The notes: generated from the letters alone by a model not told the origin. A stretch of DNA of 64,000 nt from a bacterium (GCA_963693055.1 OY843751.1:2304001-2368000); one strand, 5' to 3'; counted from the first letter of the stretch, positions 1-11,300 are shown. Translations and numbers: made by a program.

Positions 1-699
1 GAACACCTGGCAACTTTTCTGCAAAAAGCACGCGATTATGGCCGTGAAATTGGTTTTAAAGGTACTTTTTTGATTGAACCCAAACCCATGGAACCCACCA
101 AACACCAATATGATTTTGATACTGCAACTGTTTTGGGCTTTTTACAAAAATACGGTCTGGATAAGGATTTTAAAGTAAATATTGAAAACAACCATGGGAC
201 TCTTGCTGGTCATACCTTTGCACATGAAATTCAAACCGCTGTTGATGCAGGATTGTTTGGAAGTTTGGATATTAACCAGGGTGATCCCTACAATGGTTGG
301 GATACGGATGAATTCCTTAGAAATTTGTATGATGCTGTAGAGATTATGCTTGTTCTGCTGCAAACCAAAGAAGGTATGGGCAAAGGCGGAATGAATTTTG
401 ATGCCAAGACACGTCGTTCTTCTACCGATCTGGATGACATTTTTATCGCACATATCAGCTCAATGGATACATTGGCTCGCGGATTGATAATTGCTGATAA
501 TATTCTGCAAAATTCAAATTACCTGGAATTGCGTAAAAACAGATACGCATCTTTTGATAGCGGAAAAGGCGCTGATTTTGAAGCTGGAAAAATGGGTCTG
601 GCTGAAATGGCAAAACTTGCAGTTGAATGGGGTGAACCCAAAATGATCAGTGGTAAACAAGAGATGTATGAAAGTTTGTTAAATAAATATATTCGATAA
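1..699 (+). CDS. xylA: Xylose isomerase (class II), 5'-truncated by the window edge
   Basis: Frame open from base 1 ([14 protein letters not shown]...). Motifs [39 protein letters not shown]. Confidence 0.95.
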   Translation, partial: EHLATFLQKARDYGREIGFKGTFLIEPKPMEPTKHQYDFDTATVLGFLQKYGLDKDFKVNIENNHGTLAGHTFAHEIQTAVDAGLFGSLDINQGDPYNGWDTDEFLRNLYDAVEIMLVLLQTKEGMGKGGMNFDAKTRRSSTDLDDIFIAHISSMDTLARGLIIADNILQNSNYLELRKNRYASFDSGKGADFEAGKMGLAEMAKLAVEWGEPKMISGKQEMYESLLNKYIR

Positions 700-710
700 C
701 AGTTACAGAT

Positions 711-743
711 AAAGCCCGTTTCAAAAGAGACGGGCTTTTTTTT
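711..743. terminator. Intrinsic terminator, probably bidirectional
   Basis: AAAGCCCGTTTC-AAAA-GAGACGGGCTTT plus T-run, between convergent genes. Confidence 0.85.
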
Positions 744-1647
744 ATCGTAAAAATAATAATGCAATACCTGCTACAGTAATTACAGTACCGATAAATGCAC
801 GCAAGGTTGGTTTTTCTTTATATACCAAATAGAGTATTGGAATTATTATTATTGGGACGGTTGCCATTAGTGTGGATGCAATACCGGTTTTGGTATATTT
901 GATTGCTACAACAGATAACCAAACCCCCAGATATGGACCAAATACTGCTCCACCAAATGCTGCCCACATCCCTTTATTGTCTTTAATTGCTAATAATATC
1001 TTTTTGGTTCTTCCGGCAGCAATACCCATAATCATTAAAATCAATGCAGAGGGTACCATTCTCAGAATTGTTGCAGACAATGGATCGATATCATTTTGTA
1101 GTCCATATTTAGCCAATACCAATCCAACGGCTTGGCCGGTTGCTCCAATTAACCCAAAGATGATCCCTTTGAGCTTTGAGCCATGGATTTTTTCCTCTCC
1201 GTCTTTATGTTCGCTCACTACCCAGAATATTCCCCAGATGGTAACTGTAATACCAATTAAAGCAATTAATCCAAGAGTTTCACCCAAAAACACCCATGCA
1301 ATAACAGTAGTTATAGGTGGGGCTAGTGATAAAATCAGGGTGGTTCTGTGTGAGCCTAAAATCACCAGGCTTTTAAATAAAGCACCGTCTCCTAAAACAA
1401 GACCAATAAATCCACTGAGACCCAGCCAGAATATATTCTGCATATTGGCATGAGTGGGGAAAAACATGCCTTTGGTTGCGAAAAGCGTAAAACATAACAG
1501 TATACAAGCCATTACAAGACGAACAAGATTGGTGTTATAAGTTCCAATCCGTTTGCCGGCAATTTCAAACATGATGGCGCATATTCCCCAAAAAAAAGCA
1601 CCGGCTAAAGCAGCAATTTCTCCAATATATGGCAATTCAAACTCCAA
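742..1647 (-). CDS. DMT/EamA family transporter
   Basis: About 10 hydrophobic helices in two repeats, with LGE and YKEKP loop motifs. Confidence 0.85.
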   Translation of the reverse strand: MEFELPYIGEIAALAGAFFWGICAIMFEIAGKRIGTYNTNLVRLVMACILLCFTLFATKGMFFPTHANMQNIFWLGLSGFIGLVLGDGALFKSLVILGSHRTTLILSLAPPITTVIAWVFLGETLGLIALIGITVTIWGIFWVVSEHKDGEEKIHGSKLKGIIFGLIGATGQAVGLVLAKYGLQNDIDPLSATILRMVPSALILMIMGIAAGRTKKILLAIKDNKGMWAAFGGAVFGPYLGVWLSVVAIKYTKTGIASTLMATVPIIIIPILYLVYKEKPTLRAFIGTVITVAGIALLFLR

Positions 1648-1692
1648 AATATTAAGCTGTCAATATAGGGCTTTATTTCCTTTAATAAAATA

Positions 1693-1733
1693 AAAAAAGG
1701 CCGCAGCTATAACAATTGCATACGGCCCTTTTT
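1693..1733 (-). terminator. Probable terminator downstream of the giant gene
   Basis: Imperfect hairpin AAAAAAAGGCCG...CGGCCCTTTTT; U-tract on the minus strand. Confidence 0.55.
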
Positions 1734-1763
1734 GGGGTGAGTTTATTTAATAACGGGTCAGCG

Positions 1764-4700
1764 TTATTTTACAAATGCCATTTTTTTAATCTCTTTATAT
1801 TCACCGGCCATAATGCGATAGTAATATACACCGGAACTTACTATTGTACCCTGATCATTTCTACCATTCCATTCAATTTCATGATAGCCAGGGTCCATTT
1901 TGTTATTGACAAGGGTTGCAACTTGTTGTCCCATAACGTTGAATATTTCAATCCGGGTTTGCATGACTTTGGGAAGATCAAAACGTATACGTGTTACCGG
2001 ATTAAAGGGATTCGGAAAATTTTGATGTACCTGGAACGTTTTGGGGAAAGCAGTTTCCAGTGAAACCGGTCCGTGCTCACCAGACCAGCCGGAAACACTC
2101 ATGTCAACAAGTTTATAATAATAGGTTCTGCCGGGTACAGTTGTTGTATCTGAATAACTGTATTGCCCGTCTTTACGCGTGGGTATTAATTTGTTATTGA
2201 GCTGTGCGTATTCACCTTCTTTGGTCAATGAGCGATAGATAAAGAATCCAAGATTATCTACCTCATTGGCAGTTTCCCAATCCAGAATTACACCTTTATA
2301 GGGCTCATGAATTGCGCTAAAGCTTTGCAGCTCAACTTTGGTAACCTGGCCCCAGGTTACCTCATCCGTATATTCACCATCTGATACAACACATTTAAGG
2401 GAATACGAACCGGGGTGCTCTGCTGCAACAAAGAGGAATTCAGAACCTGTCCCAACTTCGGTATCATCCAGATACCATGTAAATGTTAATGGATCAGAGT
2501 CATCGTCTTTAGCCAGTATTGTAAATTTTTGGCTGCCACCTTGGGGTACGTCAAGGACGGATTGTGGCGGATCTTTGTAAACAATCTGTGGTGCAGAGTT
2601 ACCTGTAACAACTATGGTGAGAGAATCTATATCAAATCCCTGTTCCGACACGGGTTTGATATCATAGACTTCAAATACAATATCCCATGTTTTTTTCTGA
2701 TTTGCTTTTGGCATCCAAGTAAATACACCTGTCAGGGGATCAAATGAAGAGTTTGCCGGGAGATTTTTAACGGAAAATGTTAATGGATCATTATCATCAT
2801 CTGAAGCAATTATTTGATATTGATACTGACCCTCGGTATAATCAACAGAGTCTTTGTGTGTAAGGTTTGTAAATACCGGAAAAGCATTGTTAACGCCGGT
2901 TGCGGTAAATTCCAAAAAGTCAGGATTTGTACCAGGTTTTGATGCCCATAAAACATTTTCAGCCTGATCACCCAACTGCCAGAAACAGGAAGCAAGCCCC
3001 ATACTATCTGTTGTATCTTTGGTGCTCGAAACCGATCCTATGAAATCTTTGGGTTGAAAATAGACCAGTTCATCGCTAACGATATTGCCATAACTATCAG
3101 TCAGTTTCACAATATTGGGATAAACAAGAAACCGGTTTTTGGTCATTACCTGATTATTGCCGGAAACCATGTTCAATCTTGAAGGTCTGCCATGTACTGC
3201 CTGTATATTAAAGATTAACTGAATTTCATCTAGATCCGGAGATTTTACGGTAATAGTATATTCACCAACGATTTGACCTAGTTTAAGAATACCCTTTGCC
3301 AAACCATTCGAGTCTGTCAAGAGTGTGTCTGCATTTAAAAATTCTGCATGATGTTCATCAGCAGGTGCATCAGCAATATTGAATACTATTTCAGTGCCGG
3401 GAACCGGATTATCATGTTTATCTAAAGCTTTAATGATCAACGTATCTGCTATTACCATGCCCACAGTGTCTGAAACGGTTGTTGCTGATTGTGCAATCAG
3501 GTCGACTGCAGAATCTGATTGTGCGGTTACTGTAATCCAAATTGAGGTTTCATCGTTGGTTACATTGGCTTTGATTTGTTGCGGTCCTGATATCATACCC
3601 GGGGTGTAATAGATTTCAGAACACCCTAAAAAGTTAGAGGTAGCAGGATTGTCTCCGCCCAATTCTGCATCGTCAACGGATTTTGTGAATGTTACACTTG
3701 CTCCTGCAACAGCCAGAGAATCGCTATCGTATACTTTGATCCGTATGGGATTTTCCATCTCTTCACCAACGGTTCCTGAAAATTCTCCCGTATAGTCTGT
3801 CAATTTATAGGGGGGAACCGCATCTCTGGATGTAATTGAGAATTCTGCTACCTGACTGCTTTGCCCCAGAGATTTAATATATGCAAGTACCAGTTGCGTC
3901 CCTGTATTGGGACCCAATACCCAGCTAGCGTAGGCATTACCTGCGGAATCCGATTTGGTGGTATAGGATTGCAAACCGCTTTCTTTATGATATCCATCTC
4001 CAACCTGGGTTTGAAATACTATATCTACATTTTTTATGGGATTGCCATTCAGATCCGTGACATGTGCGCCAAATGGTTTACTCAATACAGCGCCCTTGTT
4101 ACCGGTCTGATCGGTACCTGCAATTGCATCAATTTGAGATGCATCATCCGGTACAAAACTGATATCTATACTTCCCAGAACTTTACTATTCTCTGCCAAA
4201 ACCACGTTAACAGTTACAGAATCTGCAATGATTGATTTAACCTGACCTGTAGTTTCACCATTGCCGTTGGTTGCTGTGGTCGGATTAATGATTGTAACAC
4301 CTTGATCCTCCGCATTCAACTCTACCATTTTTCCGGAAACAGGATTGTTGTATTTATCCCGTAAACGGATAGTAACCTGTGATGATTCTACTCCATCTGC
4401 AACCACATCCTGAGTTGCATTTATTTGAGTAGAGTCAGCAAAAGGAGCACTTGCACGTAAAGTAACTTTGACGGTATCAGGCGAACCGGCTAAATGAACA
4501 TCATCATTGCTGGATGATATTTCTAACCAGTTTTCTGTATTTATATCTGTACCTAAAATCCAGTTTTCTGTCGCTACACCGTTCAATGTTCCCTGAAAGC
4601 TTTTGTCAATAGTAGTGGATTCAAGACGACCACCACCTTTGATGACTTTGTAATTGACGTTATGTTTGTCAACGGGATCGCCATCCAGATCATATGCGCC

Positions 4701-7700
4701 AACATTTACTGCAAAAGTATCTGCAACTGTTAATGTGGTGTCTTGTGTGGTTAATAACCGGATTTCAGTAGCTTCCGGGGTAGAGCCAAAGATAAAAAAT
4801 GTCTGTTCGGACTGAAGTGAACTGCCATTGTTTTCTGAACTTGCTTTAACTGTATTTATATCCAATACCGGCTTGAAATAGACCTGTGCAATACCGTCAT
4901 TATTGGTTTGTTGCGTTGTTTCTTCTACCAGGCTATCATCATCCAGAATAAACTTGCCTTTGCTGCCATTATTCGGATAAGTCACAGTAAATGAAACCGG
5001 GTGCCCGATGATAGGATAATTATGCCGATCCGTAACTTGAACTTTGATTGCCTGTGATAAACGTTGATTTGCAATACCTGTATCCGTAGCTGCGGAGATC
5101 TGCTTGAGGTAAAAAGGTTCACCTGGAATGGTTATCGCTTTAAATTCAACCGGTGAATTTAAAAGAAAAGTTCCGTTATGTTTTGCACTAGCCTCAACTA
5201 TATTAGTGTCGGGATCAGTGCTCAGAACCCAGTTAACTTTGGCTATTCCATCGGCGCCACTTGTTACAGTAATACTGTCAGCTCCGTTAACTGTACCGTT
5301 ACCATCAATAACTTTAAACTTGACACTGGTATTGGGAACCGGATTGTTACGAATATCCAGTACTTTAATTTCAGGAGTCAAAGTCGTGGCATTGTTCGAC
5401 AATATCAAATTGTTCCAGAGGCTATCTTTATTGGCTTTTATCTTTTCCGGAGTACCTGAAGTTGCAGTGGCTCTGAATACAACGGGATCAATATCCGGAC
5501 GGTTTTCAATGGTAACCTCAATAGAGTCACTGTTTGTACCAGCTGTAAAGCCCAGAGTATAAAATACATGTGCTTGTCCGTTTTCATCTGTAAAACGGGT
5601 CAATTCTGTTTCTGAACCAATCTGGCCACCTGTGCTCAAAACATTATAGATTACAGCTTGTTCAGGAATTGGGTTGTTATATTGGTCTCGTACTTCAACT
5701 ACCAGAGAATCATCCAACATGGAACCTATCTGGGCCTGTTGAACCGGAGAATCACCACTGATTTTGACAACCTGACTGGCAGAATCGGGTATTACAAATC
5801 CTCTGAATGTTACCGGGCTTCCTGCTAACGCAGTTTGAGAGTTATTTCTATTTGCTGTTGCTGTTATTAAATTGGTAATATTGACATTGGTACCCATTTG
5901 ATAATCAACCTGAGCAACACCCTGGCTATTTGTAATGGCTGTAACGGGACTGGTTTTATCCGGGAATAGTCCATTGCCTTGAGTGACCTGAAATTTAACA
6001 GAGTGTCCCGGGTATGGATTGTCATATTCATCCGTTACTCTGACCTGAAGTGAAACCGGACTGTGTCCTGCACCAAAAGTGAATGGTGATGTACTGGCAA
6101 TAATCATATTTGAAGCGGGAGCAGGGGTAGCCGTAGCTGTATACTGTATCGCAGTTACGCCTGGATAATCCGGAAGGTATACACGAATGGTTTGAGTGCC
6201 TGCTACAGTTCCTAAACGATAGGTTGCTTCTGCTGTACCGTCGGCTGATGAATTTACGATAGTAGAATCCAGAGAAGAAAAACTACCGCCACCGCTAATG
6301 GTTTTAAACACAACACGAATGCCTGATGACATGTTTGTGCCAAAAGGATCAACAATTTTGACCTTGAATGGATTCGGCAATATAGTATTGACCACTGCTG
6401 ACTGGTTTGGTGTGTCACCGGATATTTTGATAATCTTGTTTGGTCGCCTTGGTAATACCGTCAAATGGAATGTATCTGGTGAACTGATCTGCAAGGCAGG
6501 AATACCTTCAACTTTTACCAAGGTTTCACCTTCTGCATTTCCAGCGGCAAAAGTTGTAAGCGCTTTACCCAAAGTGTCGGTTGTTACTGTTTTAATATCA
6601 TTTTCAACGCTGATACCTTCTTTGCCATCAAAGTTTCCATCGCCGTTAATTACTGAGAATCTAACGGTATAAGACTCTATTCCATTATTGTATTGATCAG
6701 CTATTTTAACTGTCAGACTGTCGCCAAATTGTTTTCCTGCGTTTTGTTCCTGTTCATCACCTTCAAGCATAATTAATTGATAAGGTGAGTCTGGTTTAGC
6801 TTCCGGACGAAAGTAGAGTGGAGCACCGGGCAAGTTTACATCAACCATAACCTCATTCGTATTTACTCCTGCCGAATCACCCAGTGTATAGTTGACCGAT
6901 GCTGTACCATCCGCAGATGTGTTTACAGTTTTGCTGCTTCCATTATCCTCAAAAAATCCATTACCTTTTGATACATTAAATGGGACTGGATAATTTTCAA
7001 CAGGATCACCTTTTTCATCCAGAATTTTAACTGTCAAGGGTGAATTTAATGCATGCATTACCGTTCCGGTTTGGTCTGCGCCTTCAACAACCTGAATTTC
7101 TACCGGAACACCTTCCCCTGCTATGCCCCGGAATGTTATTGGTGCAATATTGGGATAACCGGGAAGAGATGCTTGCACAACCGATTCTTCTGCATACCCC
7201 AAAGTCAGTTGAATACTTGCAGTACCATCGCTTTCTGTAGATAATCGTGTGGAATCCAAACCTGAACCGTTAAAAGTACCATCTCCTGAAATGACTTTGA
7301 AATCAACCGGTATACCCACACATGGATTAGAGTAAACATCTTGTAAGAATATAGAAAAATCAATATCTAATGGGCTTCCGGCTACACCGGGATAACTCGG
7401 TGCTGAATTGTAATCGATACCTTGCGGATCAAGTGCTTCCGCATAGACTGAAAATAATTGTGACGAACCTACAGAGACATTTGCATCGGCTTGAACCTGA
7501 ACAGCTCCTGCCTGTAAACCAAAAGTGATCTCTGTTCTGGCTAATCCTGATGCATTTGTGATAAATGAAAAGGGTTGGGTTTCTTCACCTTCATTGGTAG
7601 GTGTATAAGATTCATTGCGGGTTAACAGGATCTTGTCAATCTGTGTGCCCGATTCACGGTTATGTATAACAAAATCAACAAATCCACTGGGGAGTGAAAA

Positions 7701-9854
7701 TGTGTTACGATCTTCGTAAGACACCCACTGCCAATAGTCACGCGCATTAAAGTCCCAGCGATATTCCTGAGAGTTATTGACTGATACATAGCAGGAATTG
7801 CTGACACCAGAGGGAGCATAAACACGCAGCCAGACTTTATAAGTACCCGATACCGGTATATAGACATTATATGATGCAGTGCCTTGTTCATTGTTTCCCT
7901 GACCATATTCATCAACATAGGGGATAACAACAATATACTTGTTATCTGATGCTTCAATATCATCCTGCTGGGTCATTGGAAGATCAAGCGTGCCGCTTTC
8001 TGCTTCAACCCATACATTGTTGTTAAATTCCTGTTCAATGGAATCTGAATGGGTACTTAGATATCCAACACCTGCTGTTACTTTGAATTCTACAGGTTCG
8101 CCGGAAACAGGAAGTCCATTAATATCCAAAATTTGAACTGTCAATGAATTTGCCAGCTTTTTGGTAACTCGGCCAGATTCATTATTACCCGCGTAAGTTC
8201 TCATTTCGTGCGCGGGGAGTTGAGGGATTTTTAATGTAAAATTATCTACAGCATAATCTTTACCGCCGTAAAGCATGACACCTGAATACAATTGGTCTGC
8301 ATTACCCTGGGTTTTGTTTGTATCGTGAACGTTACCAATATAAATGGTTCCGGAAGTTGTACTGTTTAAATATACTTCGAATGAATGACCGGTGCTGGAA
8401 TTGGGATACCCTTGAACAACAAGCCTGTCTCCTGCAGATGGCACAATACTTGTGGATACAGAATATAATTCCGCTTGTTGTATGCTTCCGTTAGTAATGG
8501 GATATAGGCGTAAACGGTTTGAACGGATAAAAATAAAGTATCCGTTGGCGGTTGCAGTAGAATCATCAAGCATCATAGCTACGCCAATATCACCAGCCAT
8601 TCCGTATTCAAAGGTTGTTTCTACATAATCCGCATTTGGTGAATAGGTGACGCGTTTATAGGTTGCAAGATCGTTCCAGCCTCCAACAGAGTTAACATTC
8701 ACCAGCTGACCGTTTATAACATCATAACTGCCATCATAATCCCACCAGGTGTTTGTCAGTGTTTCATCACTAAAATCATCTGTATATTCCGGTACGACTT
8801 CGGGTTCAATATATAAATTAAATACCTCAGAAATAGGCCCTTCATTATTCAACTCATCCCAGCAGCGGATATAAAAATGATAAGTAACATCGGATACCAA
8901 ACCACTGACTACAACGGATTCGATAGAATTGGGGTCCGAAGGACCATCCACTCCAGGGACAAGAATACCGTCATTAAATTCCTGCAAGTCAAACTCTGAA
9001 TATCTCAACTCATACAGGTTAGCCCTGCCGGTATAATTGTCATCACCGGGGGCTCGCCATTGCAGCTGAATTGTACCTGTTTGATTATTTAGCACTTCAC
9101 CACGAACCCAGGTTACAGTACCGGGATCAATCGTATCTCCCGCGTTGATGCCTTTAATGACTCTGGCAAATTCATCTGCCATCTTTTCATACCCGGATTC
9201 ATTCGGGTGCCTTACTTCTGAATAATCTGCCAATTCTAATTTTGAATACATATCTACAATTGTCATCTTGTCTACTGCCAGACCGGCAGCTCTGTCGAAA
9301 AACATGTTTTCAATTTCGGAGTTAAAACTTACAACCTGTGGGTTTTCCAATGTACCATTGTCTTGCTGGGATATGATTTTACAAACAAGAATACGTTCAA
9401 CGCTTGAAAAAGCTGAAGCAAGTTTTAAAACCTGGGCAAGTTTACCGGATGAAGTGTTGGTATTTAGTGTTATTCCATTATCATCAGAATAGGGGGCTGC
9501 CTGATCAGTATAATTATTGGTCCCCAAATGGATCAATAGCATGTTGGGTCTATAGTTATTGATAGCAGCTTTAATATCTTTGGCAGCGCCTTCATAAAAC
9601 TGTTCAATTTTAGCACCACTCAGAAAAAGTCCATTATAAGGCGCAGACCCATCAGGACCAACAAATTCAAAATCAAGGCCGGTGTCGTTTAGTTGTTGGT
9701 ACAGATCGTCTCTAAATCCAGGTTCATAAGGATAGCCGTTGGTAATCGAGTTACCCACAGGCATGATTCTCCACCTTGCCGCAAATATATGACATGAAGT
9801 TAAAAGGATAATCAATAAAATCAGTTTAAAGCAATTTTTACATTGCAAAGTCAA
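1764..9854 (-). CDS. Giant secreted multidomain protein: SGNH/GDSL hydrolase, FN3, about 15 invasin-like Ig repeats, cadherin/He_PIG-like domains, FlgD-Ig/T9SS-like C-terminal domain
   Basis: Signal peptide; IMPVGNSIT, HLGTNN and ExxHPN motifs; repeated 'VxVxDxxxNPVxxxxVxF'; C-terminal QNFPNPFNP...SGVYYY...KKM. Confidence 0.85.
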   Translation of the reverse strand: MTLQCKNCFKLILLIILLTSCHIFAARWRIMPVGNSITNGYPYEPGFRDDLYQQLNDTGLDFEFVGPDGSAPYNGLFLSGAKIEQFYEGAAKDIKAAINNYRPNMLLIHLGTNNYTDQAAPYSDDNGITLNTNTSSGKLAQVLKLASAFSSVERILVCKIISQQDNGTLENPQVVSFNSEIENMFFDRAAGLAVDKMTIVDMYSKLELADYSEVRHPNESGYEKMADEFARVIKGINAGDTIDPGTVTWVRGEVLNNQTGTIQLQWRAPGDDNYTGRANLYELRYSEFDLQEFNDGILVPGVDGPSDPNSIESVVVSGLVSDVTYHFYIRCWDELNNEGPISEVFNLYIEPEVVPEYTDDFSDETLTNTWWDYDGSYDVINGQLVNVNSVGGWNDLATYKRVTYSPNADYVETTFEYGMAGDIGVAMMLDDSTATANGYFIFIRSNRLRLYPITNGSIQQAELYSVSTSIVPSAGDRLVVQGYPNSSTGHSFEVYLNSTTSGTIYIGNVHDTNKTQGNADQLYSGVMLYGGKDYAVDNFTLKIPQLPAHEMRTYAGNNESGRVTKKLANSLTVQILDINGLPVSGEPVEFKVTAGVGYLSTHSDSIEQEFNNNVWVEAESGTLDLPMTQQDDIEASDNKYIVVIPYVDEYGQGNNEQGTASYNVYIPVSGTYKVWLRVYAPSGVSNSCYVSVNNSQEYRWDFNARDYWQWVSYEDRNTFSLPSGFVDFVIHNRESGTQIDKILLTRNESYTPTNEGEETQPFSFITNASGLARTEITFGLQAGAVQVQADANVSVGSSQLFSVYAEALDPQGIDYNSAPSYPGVAGSPLDIDFSIFLQDVYSNPCVGIPVDFKVISGDGTFNGSGLDSTRLSTESDGTASIQLTLGYAEESVVQASLPGYPNIAPITFRGIAGEGVPVEIQVVEGADQTGTVMHALNSPLTVKILDEKGDPVENYPVPFNVSKGNGFFEDNGSSKTVNTSADGTASVNYTLGDSAGVNTNEVMVDVNLPGAPLYFRPEAKPDSPYQLIMLEGDEQEQNAGKQFGDSLTVKIADQYNNGIESYTVRFSVINGDGNFDGKEGISVENDIKTVTTDTLGKALTTFAAGNAEGETLVKVEGIPALQISSPDTFHLTVLPRRPNKIIKISGDTPNQSAVVNTILPNPFKVKIVDPFGTNMSSGIRVVFKTISGGGSFSSLDSTIVNSSADGTAEATYRLGTVAGTQTIRVYLPDYPGVTAIQYTATATPAPASNMIIASTSPFTFGAGHSPVSLQVRVTDEYDNPYPGHSVKFQVTQGNGLFPDKTSPVTAITNSQGVAQVDYQMGTNVNITNLITATANRNNSQTALAGSPVTFRGFVIPDSASQVVKISGDSPVQQAQIGSMLDDSLVVEVRDQYNNPIPEQAVIYNVLSTGGQIGSETELTRFTDENGQAHVFYTLGFTAGTNSDSIEVTIENRPDIDPVVFRATATSGTPEKIKANKDSLWNNLILSNNATTLTPEIKVLDIRNNPVPNTSVKFKVIDGNGTVNGADSITVTSGADGIAKVNWVLSTDPDTNIVEASAKHNGTFLLNSPVEFKAITIPGEPFYLKQISAATDTGIANQRLSQAIKVQVTDRHNYPIIGHPVSFTVTYPNNGSKGKFILDDDSLVEETTQQTNNDGIAQVYFKPVLDINTVKASSENNGSSLQSEQTFFIFGSTPEATEIRLLTTQDTTLTVADTFAVNVGAYDLDGDPVDKHNVNYKVIKGGGRLESTTIDKSFQGTLNGVATENWILGTDINTENWLEISSSNDDVHLAGSPDTVKVTLRASAPFADSTQINATQDVVADGVESSQVTIRLRDKYNNPVSGKMVELNAEDQGVTIINPTTATNGNGETTGQVKSIIADSVTVNVVLAENSKVLGSIDISFVPDDASQIDAIAGTDQTGNKGAVLSKPFGAHVTDLNGNPIKNVDIVFQTQVGDGYHKESGLQSYTTKSDSAGNAYASWVLGPNTGTQLVLAYIKSLGQSSQVAEFSITSRDAVPPYKLTDYTGEFSGTVGEEMENPIRIKVYDSDSLAVAGASVTFTKSVDDAELGGDNPATSNFLGCSEIYYTPGMISGPQQIKANVTNDETSIWITVTAQSDSAVDLIAQSATTVSDTVGMVIADTLIIKALDKHDNPVPGTEIVFNIADAPADEHHAEFLNADTLLTDSNGLAKGILKLGQIVGEYTITVKSPDLDEIQLIFNIQAVHGRPSRLNMVSGNNQVMTKNRFLVYPNIVKLTDSYGNIVSDELVYFQPKDFIGSVSSTKDTTDSMGLASCFWQLGDQAENVLWASKPGTNPDFLEFTATGVNNAFPVFTNLTHKDSVDYTEGQYQYQIIASDDDNDPLTFSVKNLPANSSFDPLTGVFTWMPKANQKKTWDIVFEVYDIKPVSEQGFDIDSLTIVVTGNSAPQIVYKDPPQSVLDVPQGGSQKFTILAKDDDSDPLTFTWYLDDTEVGTGSEFLFVAAEHPGSYSLKCVVSDGEYTDEVTWGQVTKVELQSFSAIHEPYKGVILDWETANEVDNLGFFIYRSLTKEGEYAQLNNKLIPTRKDGQYSYSDTTTVPGRTYYYKLVDMSVSGWSGEHGPVSLETAFPKTFQVHQNFPNPFNPVTRIRFDLPKVMQTRIEIFNVMGQQVATLVNNKMDPGYHEIEWNGRNDQGTIVSSGVYYYRIMAGEYKEIKKMAFVK

Positions 9855-9903
9855 GAGACCTCCGGAATTTTATTAAAATTTATGAATATTCCGACCTGTA
9901 TTT

Positions 9904-9919
9904 TGCAAAGATTATACCT
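9904..9919 (-). promoter_or_regulatory. Candidate sigma54 promoter of the giant gene
   Basis: Minus strand AGGTATAATCTTTGCA (GG-N10-GC), about 50 bp upstream of the start. Confidence 0.4.
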
Positions 9920-10148
9920 TTAATCCGGCCGGTTTTTGATATATTATTAACAATTCGTATTAACTATTAAAAAAAACTTGTGTTGGCACGTTAATACAAG
10001 CTCAATAATAACAGTATATTGCAATACAGTGATTGTCGTGTGATATATATACAAAAATTAATTTATTTATATTAATTTCTGTATAATTAATCACAATTAA
10101 AAACTGTACCAATTGAAAACGATTTATGCTTCATTGTCGTACAAATGA

Positions 10149-10754
10149 TTAAAACAAAAAATTTAGTTTGAATGACAATTTAGGTCCACTGTAATTATCG
10201 GTTTCTCCGACTTTTTGAGAAAATTTTGCATATAGGTAAGCATATTCAGCGGTTAATGCAAATCTTGAAAATAAATACAGGTTCACACCCGTCCCCACAT
10301 TAAATCCAAATCCTGCCCGGTCAAGGGGTATATTTGAATTATCAGCACCCATTGGAACTTGTCTGGACCAAATGCCGGCTATTCCATAATTAACAAATGG
10401 GCAAATACGTGATTGTGTTAAAATATAATTTTTTAATTCAATGGATAAATGTCGTAATGAGACATAATCGAGTTCAATGTCTTCAAGTTCATTTTGTTTC
10501 CAGTACATGAATGCCAAGCGAATAGCATAGCTTTTAAAAGAGGGTGTAGTAAAAGAAACACCCATATAATTGTCTGCACCTTTGATATTATCAAAGGGTT
10601 TTGAAGAATTTTGATCAAGTGCGCTGGGTTTCCATACACCATAGTCAAAAGCAATATTACCTCTGGTAAAATGTTCCTCTGCACGCACTTGAGAACATCC
10701 GAGTGTGATGGAAAATAAGATAAATAAATATGTATATATACGAAAGTAGCTCAA
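10149..10754 (-). CDS. Outer-membrane beta-barrel protein (OmpW/OmpA-like, 8-stranded)
   Basis: Signal peptide, alternating beta strands, PFVNYGIAG, C-terminal Phe. Confidence 0.7.
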   Translation of the reverse strand: MSYFRIYTYLFILFSITLGCSQVRAEEHFTRGNIAFDYGVWKPSALDQNSSKPFDNIKGADNYMGVSFTTPSFKSYAIRLAFMYWKQNELEDIELDYVSLRHLSIELKNYILTQSRICPFVNYGIAGIWSRQVPMGADNSNIPLDRAGFGFNVGTGVNLYLFSRFALTAEYAYLYAKFSQKVGETDNYSGPKLSFKLNFLF

Positions 10755-10810
10755 GAAAACCTCATAAATTCATAAGAAATTGTAAACAGTAATAGTAATG
10801 GCAGGTTTTA

Positions 10811-11134
10811 TTATTTTTCAGAATCCGGTTGAAAACCAAATTGTTTAACCTGTCCCATATCCTGTTTTACATCATTTATCTCGCCAAACTGCTCTTCATA
10901 TTTTTTTATGTTTTCCTGCATTGCTTTCAAGAATGATTTCGCATGCTGAGGTGTCATAATTATCCTTGAATATACTTTGGTTTTTGGAACACCAGGAACA
11001 ATGCGTGTAAAATCAATTATAAATTCAGCAGGAGAGTGTGAGATTAATGCTAAATTGGAATAGATTCCTTCTGCTTCTTTTTCACCCAGTTGTATATTAA
11101 TTTGATGTGGTGGTGTTGGTTGATTAGAATTCAT
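10811..11134 (-). CDS. DUF3467 family protein
   Basis: AEGIYSNLALISHSPAEFIIDF...SRIIMTPQHAK; ATG at 11134 preceded by GGAG. Confidence 0.85.
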   Translation of the reverse strand: MNSNQPTPPHQINIQLGEKEAEGIYSNLALISHSPAEFIIDFTRIVPGVPKTKVYSRIIMTPQHAKSFLKAMQENIKKYEEQFGEINDVKQDMGQVKQFGFQPDSEK

Positions 11135-11300
11135 GATTTCTCCATCTTTATTCAGTCTATAAATTAACAATTTTTTAGTTCAACACAAATATTTTTTATA
11201 TTGTTATGTTACCTTTTTTTTATCTTACAGGTTCCAGTTTTTCGTTGTATTTCGTAATGATTTTTACTACAATTCAATTTATAATAAATTCAGGTAGAGC

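Noticed and set aside
872-1453. Long antisense or alternate-frame ORFs (also 5128-5562, 32541-32969, 53145-53645 and many others)
   Set aside because: They overlap well-supported genes and show no motifs of their own; treated as shadow ORFs.
9983-10000. TTGGCACG resembling a sigma54 -24 box
   Set aside because: No GC at the -12 position, and no plus-strand gene follows.
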